64,000 nt of DNA from assembly GCA_949288455.1 (NCBI GenBank), contig CASEKF010000036.1, positions 12,435-76,434 on the forward strand, given 5' to 3'. This DNA is from an uncultured bacterium. GTDB taxonomy: Bacteria > Vulcanimicrobiota > CADAWZ01. The notes below the pieces were generated by a model. It searched no databases. It saw only the letters and a program-made list of their open reading frames with translations, and had not been told where the DNA came from. Positions 51,325 through 61,301 of this stretch are shown here, one piece after another. The stretch's first letter is position 1; each line of letters starts with the position of its first letter. Both the position numbers and the translations under genes were made by a program.

Positions 51325-51375
51325 AAAAAATTGTGAGAGAATCATTAAATGAAATGATTCTCTCACAATTTTTTT
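51325..51375. terminator. Bidirectional terminator between convergent genes
   Basis: Perfect 16-bp stem ttgtgagagaatcatt / aatgattctctcacaa flanked by A-run and T-run. Confidence 0.75.
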
Positions 51376-51429
51376 ATATATTATCCGTCTATATTGCCAA
51401 TTGCAACATAATTTATATCAATATAACAT

Positions 51430-52686
51430 TTACGGTTTGTCAAGCCATTTCATAGCTTCGTCCCATTTAGTGTCTTTTGCGAACTGCAGATCCGCATAGC
51501 CTTCTTTCTTGACTCCGGAAGGAGATATTTCAAGGGAAAGCCCATGAGCTCCATTTTCGGCAGAGCTATGCTGTTCGGCAATCACGGCCTCTTTTAAAGC
51601 GGCCTGCATCTCTTTAGCCGCGGCTTTAAGTTTTTCGTCCTTTATGGAAGGCTCTTTTATCAATTTATCCGCAAAATCGTATTGATCTTTAAAACCATAC
51701 CAACTTTTTGTTTTCTTAGCGATATTTTTTATAGTCTCTTTATTGACAGAACTGTCCATAAGAACTTGAGCAAATTTATCGGTAGCCGCAGTAAGATCTT
51801 TAACTTTAGCCAAATCTATAGCCGCAAGCGTAGAAATACTAGGAAATCCATGGCTATCGTTAACCATTTTCATAGCCACGTCTTCAGGCGCAATGTCAAA
51901 TCTTTGATCAAGAGCGTTTTTCATAGCTTCTGCAGTTTTACTTGAGAAGATTTTCGAATAAGGCCATCCGTCTCCGCCTTCAACATTCTGGGAAGCTACC
52001 ATAAAATCTCCTACTGAAGAAAGTTCATGAGCTACCTCGGTTGAAGCCATAAGACAAGCGTCAAAACCTATTATGTCGATTCTTTCTCCGGTTTTCTTTT
52101 CAGCGTCCGCAATAGCGCTTTTTAAATCCGGAGTAGAAGCGAAACCGCCATGCGATTCATCCTCGAGAGCTCCAGGCCATCCCGCTCCATGATCCGACAT
52201 AACCAGCATATAATTTTCCGCGGGGAATTCCTTTATGCCCCATTGAATAAACTCGGACAATACCTTGGGATCAGACATGTTCACATGTCCAAGATCCGCA
52301 AGGGCAGGAGAATTAATCGTAGACTTATCGTTATCCTGAGTTAAATAAAATCTCTTGCAGCCTTCCCAGCCTCCGCTTAACGAAGAAGGCTTTTCTCCTC
52401 TGTCAAGCTGAACGACTAAATTCATATTATTAGAAGAGCCGACGCTTTCTAACTCCGCTACGTCCCTGACTAAAGCGCTTTCTAAGTTATTATCAGCGGC
52501 AGAATAAAGTAAGACGGTCCATTTTTTCTTTGTCTTTTCCACTGAATCGCTGCCGCCAATAGAGACGCTATCCCCGGCAGCCGGAGCAGCCGCATGCTTG
52601 GACTCTGCCGCATCAGACTTATCGGCTTTAACCGAAGGAAAGGCATAATTATTTGCAAAATTAACGGAACCTATATTATTTGCCAT
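51430..52686 (-). CDS. Clostripain-like C11-family cysteine peptidase, no classical signal peptide
   Basis: Catalytic His in MVMSDHGAGW and Cys in IIGFDACLMAS, with C11 spacing. N-terminus is Ala/Ser/Asp-rich low complexity. Confidence 0.7.
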   Translation of the reverse strand: MANNIGSVNFANNYAFPSVKADKSDAAESKHAAAPAAGDSVSIGGSDSVEKTKKKWTVLLYSAADNNLESALVRDVAELESVGSSNNMNLVVQLDRGEKPSSLSGGWEGCKRFYLTQDNDKSTINSPALADLGHVNMSDPKVLSEFIQWGIKEFPAENYMLVMSDHGAGWPGALEDESHGGFASTPDLKSAIADAEKKTGERIDIIGFDACLMASTEVAHELSSVGDFMVASQNVEGGDGWPYSKIFSSKTAEAMKNALDQRFDIAPEDVAMKMVNDSHGFPSISTLAAIDLAKVKDLTAATDKFAQVLMDSSVNKETIKNIAKKTKSWYGFKDQYDFADKLIKEPSIKDEKLKAAAKEMQAALKEAVIAEQHSSAENGAHGLSLEISPSGVKKEGYADLQFAKDTKWDEAMKWLDKP

Positions 52687-52920
52687 TTCGTCTACTTCTC
52701 CTTAAACTAGTTAATCGATTTGCATCTTTTATTATAAATAATGAATATAAATTTATTTTAATTATACACTATGACAGCTATAAAGTTAAATTAACAAATT
52801 GTTAAATGATAACCGCAAATAATAACCGGCACAACAAAAAGGCGCTCTCACTCTAAAAAATATTTATTTTTTAGATAAAATTTAGCCGCTTACAAATAAA
52901 ACACCACGTAAAATTTTAAT

Positions 52921-52958
52921 CAAAAAGAGGAATATTCGCGATGAAAATTCCTCTTTAA
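52921..52958 (-). terminator. Rho-independent terminator after the alpha-amylase gene
   Basis: agaggaat…attcctct stem, with a T-run on the minus strand. Confidence 0.5.
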
Positions 52959-53024
52959 AAACGATCGTTTATTTAAATTTCTAAGATGTCAACCTAACAT
53001 TTATTTAAGAAACAATCTAGGCAA

Positions 53025-55292
53025 TTATTTCACGGGAACAAATATACCGGGACGTTTTGCCGCTATATTAGCGCATATCTTGCCTCCTTTAACGGTAACC
53101 GTATCGCCGGTCATCAAATCCTTCATTACCGTTCCGTCTTTAATGCCGCTCTCAGGTCTTATCGGAATTTCTCTGTATTCGCTATTGTGGGCGTTATTAA
53201 GAATTACGATAGCCTCCTGTTCCGGACACTGACGAGAGAAAGCGAATACTTTATCGTCTTGCCACATCTCAAGCATATTCCCTTCGCGAAGAGCAGGATT
53301 TTCCTGTCTTATGGAAGTAAGCTGCTTAAAGTATTCCAGCAATTCAGGATCTTTATTCCATTCCATATCGTCTCTATTATGAATTTCGCCCATAATGTCG
53401 CATCCGCCGTCCATACCGATTTCAGTTCCATAATAGATAGTAGGAATTCTATTGATAGTCATAGCGAAAGCAAGACCCGCTTTCAGACGATCCTTATTGC
53501 CTCCGGCTTCGCTAAGGAATCTTGGAGTATCGTGGTTATCCAAAAATACGGACATCATTTCGGGATGTTCATATTTTTCCGCGCATTCGGCAAGTTTATT
53601 GGCAAGGTTGCGCATACTTCCGTCTTTAGCAAAAACGTCGACCATCGTGAAGTGCAGAGGATAATCAAAAAGAGAATCCATATTGGCGGATTGGTAATTG
53701 TTCAACTTCGCCGGATTGCCGTCAAAACATTCCCCTACCATAAAGAAATCGTCTCCGGCATATTTATGCATCTCGTCGGTAAATTTACTCCAGAAGGAAA
53801 CGGGAACGTTCTTAACCGCGTCGAGTCTAAAACCGTCTATTCCTTTATCAACCCAGAATTTAGCGACGTCTAGCAAATATTTTTCAACTTCCGGATTTTC
53901 CTGCGCAAGATCCGGAAGACCGAACATAGAACCGTTTTCAGCCTGATAAGGATCATCGAAGTCCTGAATATCACCGATATTATGATACCAAGTGTCCTTC
54001 TTTTCAGGATCTTTATAGAACGGATGTTCCCAAGCCGTATGGTTTAAAGGAATATCCAGAATAATCTTCATATCTTTCTTGTGAGCCGTTTCGACTAATT
54101 CCGTGAATTTTTCCATAGAGCCTACATGCTCATCGGTAGAATAAAAATCAATCGGCCAATAACCATGATACCCGTCAGAATCAAAGAACTCAGTTTGATT
54201 CTTCATAACCGGAGTAAGCCATATTGCCGTCGCTCCGGTATCTTTGATATAATCTAAATTATCAATTATTCCCTGAAGGTCTCCGCCGTGATAACGCTTA
54301 GGATTGTCAAGCTCGACGTCCATATTATTAGTCTTATCTCCGTCGGCAAATCGGTCTGTCATCACGAAATAAATAATGTCGTTGCGCCATTTCTCTATCG
54401 GTCTGCTTCCGTCGCTCATGCCGGCATCTTTCAAAGTATCGATGAAAGCCGAAAGTTTTCCGGAATCCCAAGATTTATTGCCGGGATAATCAAGAGAATC
54501 GGTGACCTGTTTTACAAAGTCTTTCGCCGTGAAAGGCTGAACTTGAAGCGGCTCCCCATCCTTCCAGCCTTTTTGACGAAGAATTTCCTTATCAAGAGAG
54601 AATTCAACGCTCGAAGAAGCCGGATCAAACTTAAGATTTTTCAAAAATCCTTTGTCAACGTTTCCGTTTTCGTCAAGCACCGAGAAGTTTTTCTCGTCAT
54701 ATCCGCACAAAGCTAGATTCCAAGGAGAAGAAGTAGTTCCGGGAATTTCGTCCGGAAGAGCCAGCTTGCCCCCGGGAACGCCTAAGTTAAGCAAAAGATA
54801 AGTGTCTAAATGTCCGTTTTGCGCTCCGGCTTGAAGTTCTTTCATAGTTACCTTGAAAGTATAAGGTTCCGCCGGGGATCCCTCTTTAGCTGACACTGAC
54901 ACTATATCGCGGCTCTTATCCATACCGTCGTTCAAAAGATAATTATCTCCGCTTTTTACTCCTTTAAAAGCTTCTAAGCCCTCTCCGTCAAGAAGAGCTA
55001 TAGAAGCGGGAGGGGCGGAAACTGACGCTGCGGAAGCTTGCTTTGCCGGAGCGGCTGCCTTAGAGGCAACATGCCGTTCCGCTGCCGAAGCTTTACTTTC
55101 CGATTTACTGGAAGTCTTTGCAGCAGAAGTTTTAACTCCAGAGCTTTTACGTTCTTGTTTCGGAAGAGTTATACTGACAAAATCGGCCGCAGGTTCAATA
55201 TTAGACGACTGACTGCTTACAGGAGCCGAAGCAGCCGGAGCAGAAGCCGTAGGTATAGAATTTACGCCGTTAATTGAAGAACCTATAATCAT
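53025..55292 (-). CDS. GH13 alpha-amylase family glycosidase with ~230-aa N-terminal low-complexity/extra domain region
   Basis: GH13 conserved regions: DVVLNH-like LDIPLNHT, GFRLDAVKNV (catalytic Asp region), EVMGE-like FMVGECFD, FLDNHDTPRF. N-terminus is Ser/Ala/Lys-rich with no hydrophobic signal. Confidence 0.82.
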   Translation of the reverse strand: MIIGSSINGVNSIPTASAPAASAPVSSQSSNIEPAADFVSITLPKQERKSSGVKTSAAKTSSKSESKASAAERHVASKAAAPAKQASAASVSAPPASIALLDGEGLEAFKGVKSGDNYLLNDGMDKSRDIVSVSAKEGSPAEPYTFKVTMKELQAGAQNGHLDTYLLLNLGVPGGKLALPDEIPGTTSSPWNLALCGYDEKNFSVLDENGNVDKGFLKNLKFDPASSSVEFSLDKEILRQKGWKDGEPLQVQPFTAKDFVKQVTDSLDYPGNKSWDSGKLSAFIDTLKDAGMSDGSRPIEKWRNDIIYFVMTDRFADGDKTNNMDVELDNPKRYHGGDLQGIIDNLDYIKDTGATAIWLTPVMKNQTEFFDSDGYHGYWPIDFYSTDEHVGSMEKFTELVETAHKKDMKIILDIPLNHTAWEHPFYKDPEKKDTWYHNIGDIQDFDDPYQAENGSMFGLPDLAQENPEVEKYLLDVAKFWVDKGIDGFRLDAVKNVPVSFWSKFTDEMHKYAGDDFFMVGECFDGNPAKLNNYQSANMDSLFDYPLHFTMVDVFAKDGSMRNLANKLAECAEKYEHPEMMSVFLDNHDTPRFLSEAGGNKDRLKAGLAFAMTINRIPTIYYGTEIGMDGGCDIMGEIHNRDDMEWNKDPELLEYFKQLTSIRQENPALREGNMLEMWQDDKVFAFSRQCPEQEAIVILNNAHNSEYREIPIRPESGIKDGTVMKDLMTGDTVTVKGGKICANIAAKRPGIFVPVK

Positions 55293-55443
55293 CTTAAGCG
55301 AAACCTCCTAAACATTCAATTGCTTAAAATTATATAAAATTACTTACATATTATTAAATAGTTCCAATTTCTTTGAATGAAATTATAACATATAAAAGTA
55401 TATAGTAAAACATAATTAATGTAAACAATATGTTAACAAGAAG

Positions 55444-57054
55444 TCATTTTTTGCGTTTTTTAAAATGAGATAAGATATATTTTGCAATATCTGAAATCTG
55501 CTCGATTTCCTTTGAAGAATTACCGTTTCTAATATAAAATTTCTCAATTTTTCCGCGTTTAGGATCAATCACTTTAGTGTAAAGAGGAGAGTCTGAAGGA
55601 GATACCGAAACAGCGCAAAGTTCTTTGCCGGAGACTATGGGAAACTCCACTTTAACATGTTTTGCAGTAAAGTCAATCCCGTAAGAATTATTGAGCAATT
55701 CTCTTAAGTGAAGTTCAAAACCGTCCTTATTGCCTCGATTCATCGTCGCATAATCTTTTTCAAGCCCCAAGGGCGTTCCGGAATCGTCGACTCCAATTAT
55801 AAGCGTTCCTCCTTTTGCGTTTCCAAAAGCCCCGACCGTTTTAAGTATAACGTCCTCCAACTTAGTATTCTTAACTCCGGCTTCCATATCCCATCTAAGA
55901 GAAGACTTAAATTCCAAGCTATCTCCTTCCCCCGACGCTATAAGACGTTTCCAGTCTTTTTCAGAAGAGGGAACAGACGCAAATTTAACCATATCTTCTT
56001 CTCTTCTATGAATAACAAGGACGGAGAAAAACATAGCGATGCCTAATCCGGCCACAATAAACGAGAGAGTAGTAAATAACGACAGATTGTTAGCCGGATT
56101 TTCTCTCATCTTCTGTTCAAATAAAACTATTCCTATATACATAGAAGAATCTCCGGAAAAAGGTTTTATATAATACAAAAGACCAAGTTCGGGCATTCTT
56201 ACGGGAGCGGATAAGGAAGACCCTCTAGTCTTCAAATCGCTAACTATGGCTTGGGCTGATTTTTCGTCTATCGTCTCAGAAAGTTTAGAGCCTGAAAAAA
56301 TATTCACGCCCTCGCCTTTGACGCTAATCATAAAAATTTGAAAATACTCTGAGAAAGGCATCGTTTCAAATTGTTTTATAACGTTGTCAAGACAAAAATT
56401 AACGGAAGCTTTTATAACCTTTTCGCCTATTTTCCATTGCGTCGCAAAAGATAAGTGCTTTTCTTTAAAGATGGGATCGTCTTTCAGAACTTCCCAATCG
56501 ATGCCGGCTTCAAAAAAAGTAAGTTCCTCGTCAGGAAAAGCGAAATCACGCTTATAGTAATCAGGGAGCGTTTCTACGGAAGACTTAAGCTTTCTCCCGG
56601 AATTATCAAATTCCACGGTCTCATAAAATTCTCTATCGCCGTTTTTCATTCCAAATATTCTATATCCAAGCCATATATCGTCGTTCTTACGCACAAAAGC
56701 TACGAGTCTTTGCGAAGAATCGGAAATCACGCACCCGTTTATCTGAGAATATTGAGATAAAAGCGGAATAATCAGTAAAGAAAGAGTATCAGATGTATCT
56801 TCCTCGATTAAACTGTTTAAACTCCATTTTTTTATAATATTTAAAGCGTCGGAGGAAGGTCTTAAACATGACTGCATCTTATCGTTGACTTCTTCGGTTT
56901 GCAGCGTCATGGTAGAAATAGCGGCGGAAGCTCCCTTCGTAATTATCACTTTTATTACGCAAAACATAGAAAGACCAACCAGGAAAATAACGAAAGAAGA
57001 AATCAAAAGCATTAAATTTTTTCTTTTTAAATACTCTAAAAACTGAATTTTCAA
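55444..57054 (-). CDS. Two-TM membrane protein with extracytoplasmic domain and C-terminal cytoplasmic AlbA_2 (Schlafen-group) domain
   Basis: TM1 LISSFVIFLVGLSMFCVIKVI. ~280-aa domain. TM2 LFTTLSFIVAGLGIAMFFSVLVI. C-terminal GEGDSLEFKSS…ILKTVGAFGNAKGGTLIIGVDDSGTPLGLEKD matches the AlbA_2 (PF04326-type) consensus. Confidence 0.65.
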   Translation of the reverse strand: MKIQFLEYLKRKNLMLLISSFVIFLVGLSMFCVIKVIITKGASAAISTMTLQTEEVNDKMQSCLRPSSDALNIIKKWSLNSLIEEDTSDTLSLLIIPLLSQYSQINGCVISDSSQRLVAFVRKNDDIWLGYRIFGMKNGDREFYETVEFDNSGRKLKSSVETLPDYYKRDFAFPDEELTFFEAGIDWEVLKDDPIFKEKHLSFATQWKIGEKVIKASVNFCLDNVIKQFETMPFSEYFQIFMISVKGEGVNIFSGSKLSETIDEKSAQAIVSDLKTRGSSLSAPVRMPELGLLYYIKPFSGDSSMYIGIVLFEQKMRENPANNLSLFTTLSFIVAGLGIAMFFSVLVIHRREEDMVKFASVPSSEKDWKRLIASGEGDSLEFKSSLRWDMEAGVKNTKLEDVILKTVGAFGNAKGGTLIIGVDDSGTPLGLEKDYATMNRGNKDGFELHLRELLNNSYGIDFTAKHVKVEFPIVSGKELCAVSVSPSDSPLYTKVIDPKRGKIEKFYIRNGNSSKEIEQISDIAKYILSHFKKRKK

Positions 57055-57342
57055 ACTGTAAAAGCCTCCGCAAACAACAATATCTTAAAATTAAAAAAAG
57101 TCTAAAATCAAAGCTTAGACAATTAATATAATTTTAACACGCTCGAATTATCGCTTAACTTATTTCATTAGCGTTTTCAATGAATATTCCTTTTTCCCTT
57201 CAATAAAGACGACGGCTTAAGCAAATCTCAACCGAAGCGCAAAATAAGCAACGATATAAATACGACTTGTATAAATCCGCTAAAACTTAGGTTAATTTAA
57301 AATAAAAAGAGCCGGTTTATTATCCGACTCCTTTTGAAAACT

Positions 57343-58188
57343 TCATTTTTTTAAAATATTAAAAACGTAGTAATAAAGGGATTGAATATCAAATTTTTTC
57401 CAGTCCTCGCCTCCGTCCTTTTTTTTATCCTCTTCTTCATGATATTTCAAAGTACGAGATATAATTTCAAAAAAATCGACGTTTCTTAAAATATTATTCG
57501 CATGAGACGGAAAAACGGTATGAATGTTATAATTCTTTAAAACGGCGAAATCTCTCAATAAACAAAGAGAGTCCGCGGCTTTACCGGCAGAAAGTTTATC
57601 TTCGCATGGATCGCCTTCGTATAGCCACCAATCGCCGGAAAACCAACAGCCTCGATAAATAAAATGAGTATCGGCCATAGAATGTTTGGGAGCGTAAATC
57701 ATGTAAATTGTTTCGCTTCCAAGTTTAAAAGCGTTGACATTTTCGGTAAGTATTATATCAAAATATTTTACAAACCAGTCTTGTCCAATTTTTTTTATAT
57801 CTTTCCACGCTCTTATAAATTCTTCAGGTTTATTTTTGCCGTCGTTTTCACGCCAAAAAACGTCGGTTATTCTTAAAAACATCGGACAAGAATAATGAAC
57901 CGGGAAAACGGCGTCAGGAAAAACCGCTCTAAATTCCCTAATAGAAGCGTCGTGGTCAATATGAGGATGAGACAAGAAAAGATATTTAACTTTCCAACCT
58001 TTTTCTGCGGCGACTTGTTTTACATGTAAAGCGGGAGAAATAGAATTATTCGAAGACGCAGGCATTTCAAAAATCGCGCATTCGCCTTCAGACTCTAAAA
58101 TCCAAACTCCAACGTTAAAAGAACTGTAAATGCCGGCCAGATACACTCCGTCCGCCATTTCCGATAAATTCAGCCTATCTCCCATCAT
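57343..58188 (-). CDS. MBL-fold metallo-hydrolase
   Basis: LSHPHIDH metal-binding motif plus downstream His/Asp positions. Confidence 0.65.
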   Translation of the reverse strand: MMGDRLNLSEMADGVYLAGIYSSFNVGVWILESEGECAIFEMPASSNNSISPALHVKQVAAEKGWKVKYLFLSHPHIDHDASIREFRAVFPDAVFPVHYSCPMFLRITDVFWRENDGKNKPEEFIRAWKDIKKIGQDWFVKYFDIILTENVNAFKLGSETIYMIYAPKHSMADTHFIYRGCWFSGDWWLYEGDPCEDKLSAGKAADSLCLLRDFAVLKNYNIHTVFPSHANNILRNVDFFEIISRTLKYHEEEDKKKDGGEDWKKFDIQSLYYYVFNILKK

Positions 58189-58219
58189 ATAACCTCTTTA
58201 AACGATTAAAAAGTAACTT

Positions 58220-59710
58220 CTAGTAAATCCGATTGGCTAATTTGACAAGTTCGGCGTTTACGGAATTATTCGTTTTTACTTCTTCAAAAGGAATTTCTCC
58301 ATGCTGAAGAGTGCCTCTAACGGAAGGCATCAGCCTGGTTTTTCCTTCCATAGCCATTTCCGCGACTTTTTTAGCCATACTCTGAGCCAAAGTTATATCC
58401 ATATTGTTAGGAGTCGCTCCCCTTATGTCTCTTGAAAACGGCTCGCAAAAAATTTTCATCTTAGTTTTCAAGCCGGCTTTTAAAAGCTCGTCTCTGAAAA
58501 ATTCCGCAGCGTTGCCTTCGTAATTAGTCGCTTTTCTTTCTTCTTTTTTATAACCTTCAGCAACGACTATAACGGCGTTGTCCATATTCGCCAAAGCTTT
58601 ATTTATAGAATGGAAGTTATAATTGTGACCGGGTAAAACGGCAAGATGAGCCCCGGCCCCAACTGCGGAATTAAGAGCATGATAACCTCCCATTGCCCCC
58701 ATCATTTCCACAATATAACATCTATGATGAGTATACGCGTCGGCGAGATAACATCTAACTTTTTCCGCCCCAACTTCTACGCCGGTATACTGGCCGATAG
58801 TATCTGAACCAAGAATATCGCTGTCAATAGTGACCGGTACGTAAAAAACTTGAATTGAGTCAGGCAAGTGCTTTATAAGGCTAGAAAGACCGCCGAACGT
58901 TCCGTTCCCTCCTATGGCTATGAGAGTATTAACATGCTTGTCGATTATATTTTTAGCGGCTTGCTGCTGAAGCTTAACGTCTTTAAATTCCGGGAAGCGT
59001 TCCGATCTGAAATTAGCTCCCCTGGCGTCTCTAAGGGGTCTGGCATTAACGACTCCGGTAATGGAATCCAAAGCGGCGTATATCGCGGGATCGTCTACCA
59101 AACATCTGAAATCGGAATCCGTGCCGTTAACTACAGACCTATAACCCTGAGCCGCGATATATACCTTTCTGCCCGCCTTTTCCAGATATTCCGTTAAGAA
59201 CGCTATTATGGAATTTTTGCCGGGGGCGCAACCGCCGTCTTGTATTATAAGAACGTCCATATAATTGAAATAATTTTTCTTGCCCATATAGACGTCCGTA
59301 AAATAAGACTGAAAACGCACGAACATATTCAACATTTGAACAGGTCCTAAAATATCCGGCTTTTTAAAAAGTTCATGTCCAAAACAAATTATTCTGCCTC
59401 CGGTAAAAGTCTTGATAATTCCTTTGCCTTTAACAGTCGAAAATAATCCGGCTATCCCGAAGACGTCTCCGGACTCGTAAATAGTGCTGACTCTCTCGTA
59501 TCTTTCATGAATAAATTTTCCATACTCTACTAAAGCCGCGAAATCAACTTCGTCTTCAATTGAAATTACAGTCTCCCCGGCTTCGTATTCTCTCACGGTA
59601 ATGTTATTGAGAAGATTTTCTTTTTCAGTTTCGTTCATCTTATCGAAAAAACCCATTTTTTCAAGAAAATCTATCGTTTCCTTATCGTTTACAGTCTGAC
59701 GTATTATCAT
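58220..59710 (-). CDS. Phosphofructokinase-family protein with N-terminal cyclic-nucleotide-binding-like domain (divergent PFK core)
   Basis: Residues ~150-490 align with the PfkA core (GGCAPGKN ~ GGDAPGMN; IGGNGT ~ GGDGS; PVTIDSD ~ PGTIDND; MGAMGGY ~ MGRYCG). Residues 1-140 have cNMP-binding-domain hallmarks (YEAGETVI…, GDVFGIAGLF). Confidence 0.65.
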   Translation of the reverse strand: MIIRQTVNDKETIDFLEKMGFFDKMNETEKENLLNNITVREYEAGETVISIEDEVDFAALVEYGKFIHERYERVSTIYESGDVFGIAGLFSTVKGKGIIKTFTGGRIICFGHELFKKPDILGPVQMLNMFVRFQSYFTDVYMGKKNYFNYMDVLIIQDGGCAPGKNSIIAFLTEYLEKAGRKVYIAAQGYRSVVNGTDSDFRCLVDDPAIYAALDSITGVVNARPLRDARGANFRSERFPEFKDVKLQQQAAKNIIDKHVNTLIAIGGNGTFGGLSSLIKHLPDSIQVFYVPVTIDSDILGSDTIGQYTGVEVGAEKVRCYLADAYTHHRCYIVEMMGAMGGYHALNSAVGAGAHLAVLPGHNYNFHSINKALANMDNAVIVVAEGYKKEERKATNYEGNAAEFFRDELLKAGLKTKMKIFCEPFSRDIRGATPNNMDITLAQSMAKKVAEMAMEGKTRLMPSVRGTLQHGEIPFEEVKTNNSVNAELVKLANRIY

Positions 59711-59756
59711 TTTTAATTCTCCGATTTTTTTACTTTTTATTTGCCCGACAAGCAGA

Positions 59757-61157
59757 TTAAGAACTCAAAAATTCAAAAACTCTTTTGATCAAAGCGCTAA
59801 AATTTCCGTAAGGCGGAAAACGCAGATCAACGTCCAATCCGAGCGGCCTTTCCATCACGCTTTTTTCATGTGAAAAAATATCGAAACCGAACTTTCCGCG
59901 ATATCTGCCTATACCGCTGGCTCCGACTCCTCCGAAAGGAAGATAAGGAGTAGTTATATGAATCAACGTATCGTTTACGCAAGCGCCGCCTGACGAAACC
60001 GAACGCAAAATTTTATCGCAAAACCTCTTATCTTCTGAAAAAACATATAAAGCCAAAGGTTTAGGACGGAAATTTATTCTCGAAATCATATCGTCTTCGT
60101 CGGAATATGTCAAGACAGGCAACACGGGACCGAAAATTTCTTCCCGCATCAAAGGAGAGTCCCAGTCAACTCCGTCTACTACGGTAGGAGAAATATATTT
60201 TTCGCCTTTTGAAACTTCTCCGCCGAAAATAATTTTTTCTCCCTTAAACAAATTTGTAAGTCTGTCGAAATGCCTATCGTTTATAATACGAGCAAAATCT
60301 TCGCTCAATTTTGGATTGTCGCCGTAAAAATTTTTAATTTCCTCTTCTATGTTCCTTAACAAAGGCTCTTTTACGCTTTCTTCCGCAATCAAAAAATCAG
60401 GAGCTACGCAAGTTTGCCCCGCGTTAAAAAACTTCCCCCATACTATTCGTTTGGCAGCCGAAGCAAAATTTTTAAGCTTACCTGCTATACATGGACTTTT
60501 TCCGCCTAATTCTAAAGTCATAGGAGTCAAACGTTTTAAACAAGCCTCCGCGACGGCTCGTCCTCCGGCTTCTCCTCCCGTATAAAAAACATAGTCGAAA
60601 TTTTGTTTCAAAAGCTCTTTGACGACTTCAGGTCCTCCCTCTACTACCGCAAGTTCTTGGCAATCGAAATATTGTTCGACAAGACGCTTGATTAAAGCCG
60701 AAGTCTTAACCGAATATTCGGACGGTTTAATTACCGCTGAATTACCCGCGGCTAAAGCGGAAACCGCGGGAATAAAAGCTAACTGCAAAGGATAATTCCA
60801 TGGAGATATAATAAGAGCGGCTCCGTAAGGTTCGGGAATTATTCGACTTTTTCCGGGAATATATACTAAAGGAGTTTTAACAGCTCTACCCCTAATCCAT
60901 TTTTTTAAATTTTGTTTGCAAAAAGATATTTCTCCTTTTAGAGTCAATATTTCTCCCAGATAACTCTCCGAAACATTTTTACCCAAATCTTCGCGAAGGG
61001 CTTCGTAAATATCAGTCTCATGCTTTTCAATCATCTCAGAAAAACGATCGAGACGAGTTCTTCTTGATTCGTAAGTTCTGGAAGAGAGGGAAGAAAAAAA
61101 TTTTTTTTGTTTTTCAACAATAAGTCTTATATTGTCCGCCATAACGCTCCTAGCCAC
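59757..61157 (-). CDS. Aldehyde dehydrogenase, ALDH3-like family
   Basis: ELGGKSP (catalytic Glu region), QTCVAPD (catalytic Cys), EEIFGPVLPV. ~466 aa. Confidence 0.85.
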   Translation of the reverse strand: MARSVMADNIRLIVEKQKKFFSSLSSRTYESRRTRLDRFSEMIEKHETDIYEALREDLGKNVSESYLGEILTLKGEISFCKQNLKKWIRGRAVKTPLVYIPGKSRIIPEPYGAALIISPWNYPLQLAFIPAVSALAAGNSAVIKPSEYSVKTSALIKRLVEQYFDCQELAVVEGGPEVVKELLKQNFDYVFYTGGEAGGRAVAEACLKRLTPMTLELGGKSPCIAGKLKNFASAAKRIVWGKFFNAGQTCVAPDFLIAEESVKEPLLRNIEEEIKNFYGDNPKLSEDFARIINDRHFDRLTNLFKGEKIIFGGEVSKGEKYISPTVVDGVDWDSPLMREEIFGPVLPVLTYSDEDDMISRINFRPKPLALYVFSEDKRFCDKILRSVSSGGACVNDTLIHITTPYLPFGGVGASGIGRYRGKFGFDIFSHEKSVMERPLGLDVDLRFPPYGNFSALIKRVFEFLSS

Positions 61158-61301
61158 AGTTCAACCTACTCAATGATATCTTAACGAATATGTTTAGGAT
61201 ATATCTATACCGTGCGACAAAAACATGCGAAAAGACTCGCCCTTATACCCCTTAGTAAAAAAAATTCGCCTCATATATGTTTTTGACCGAGTTCGGAGAG
61301 T

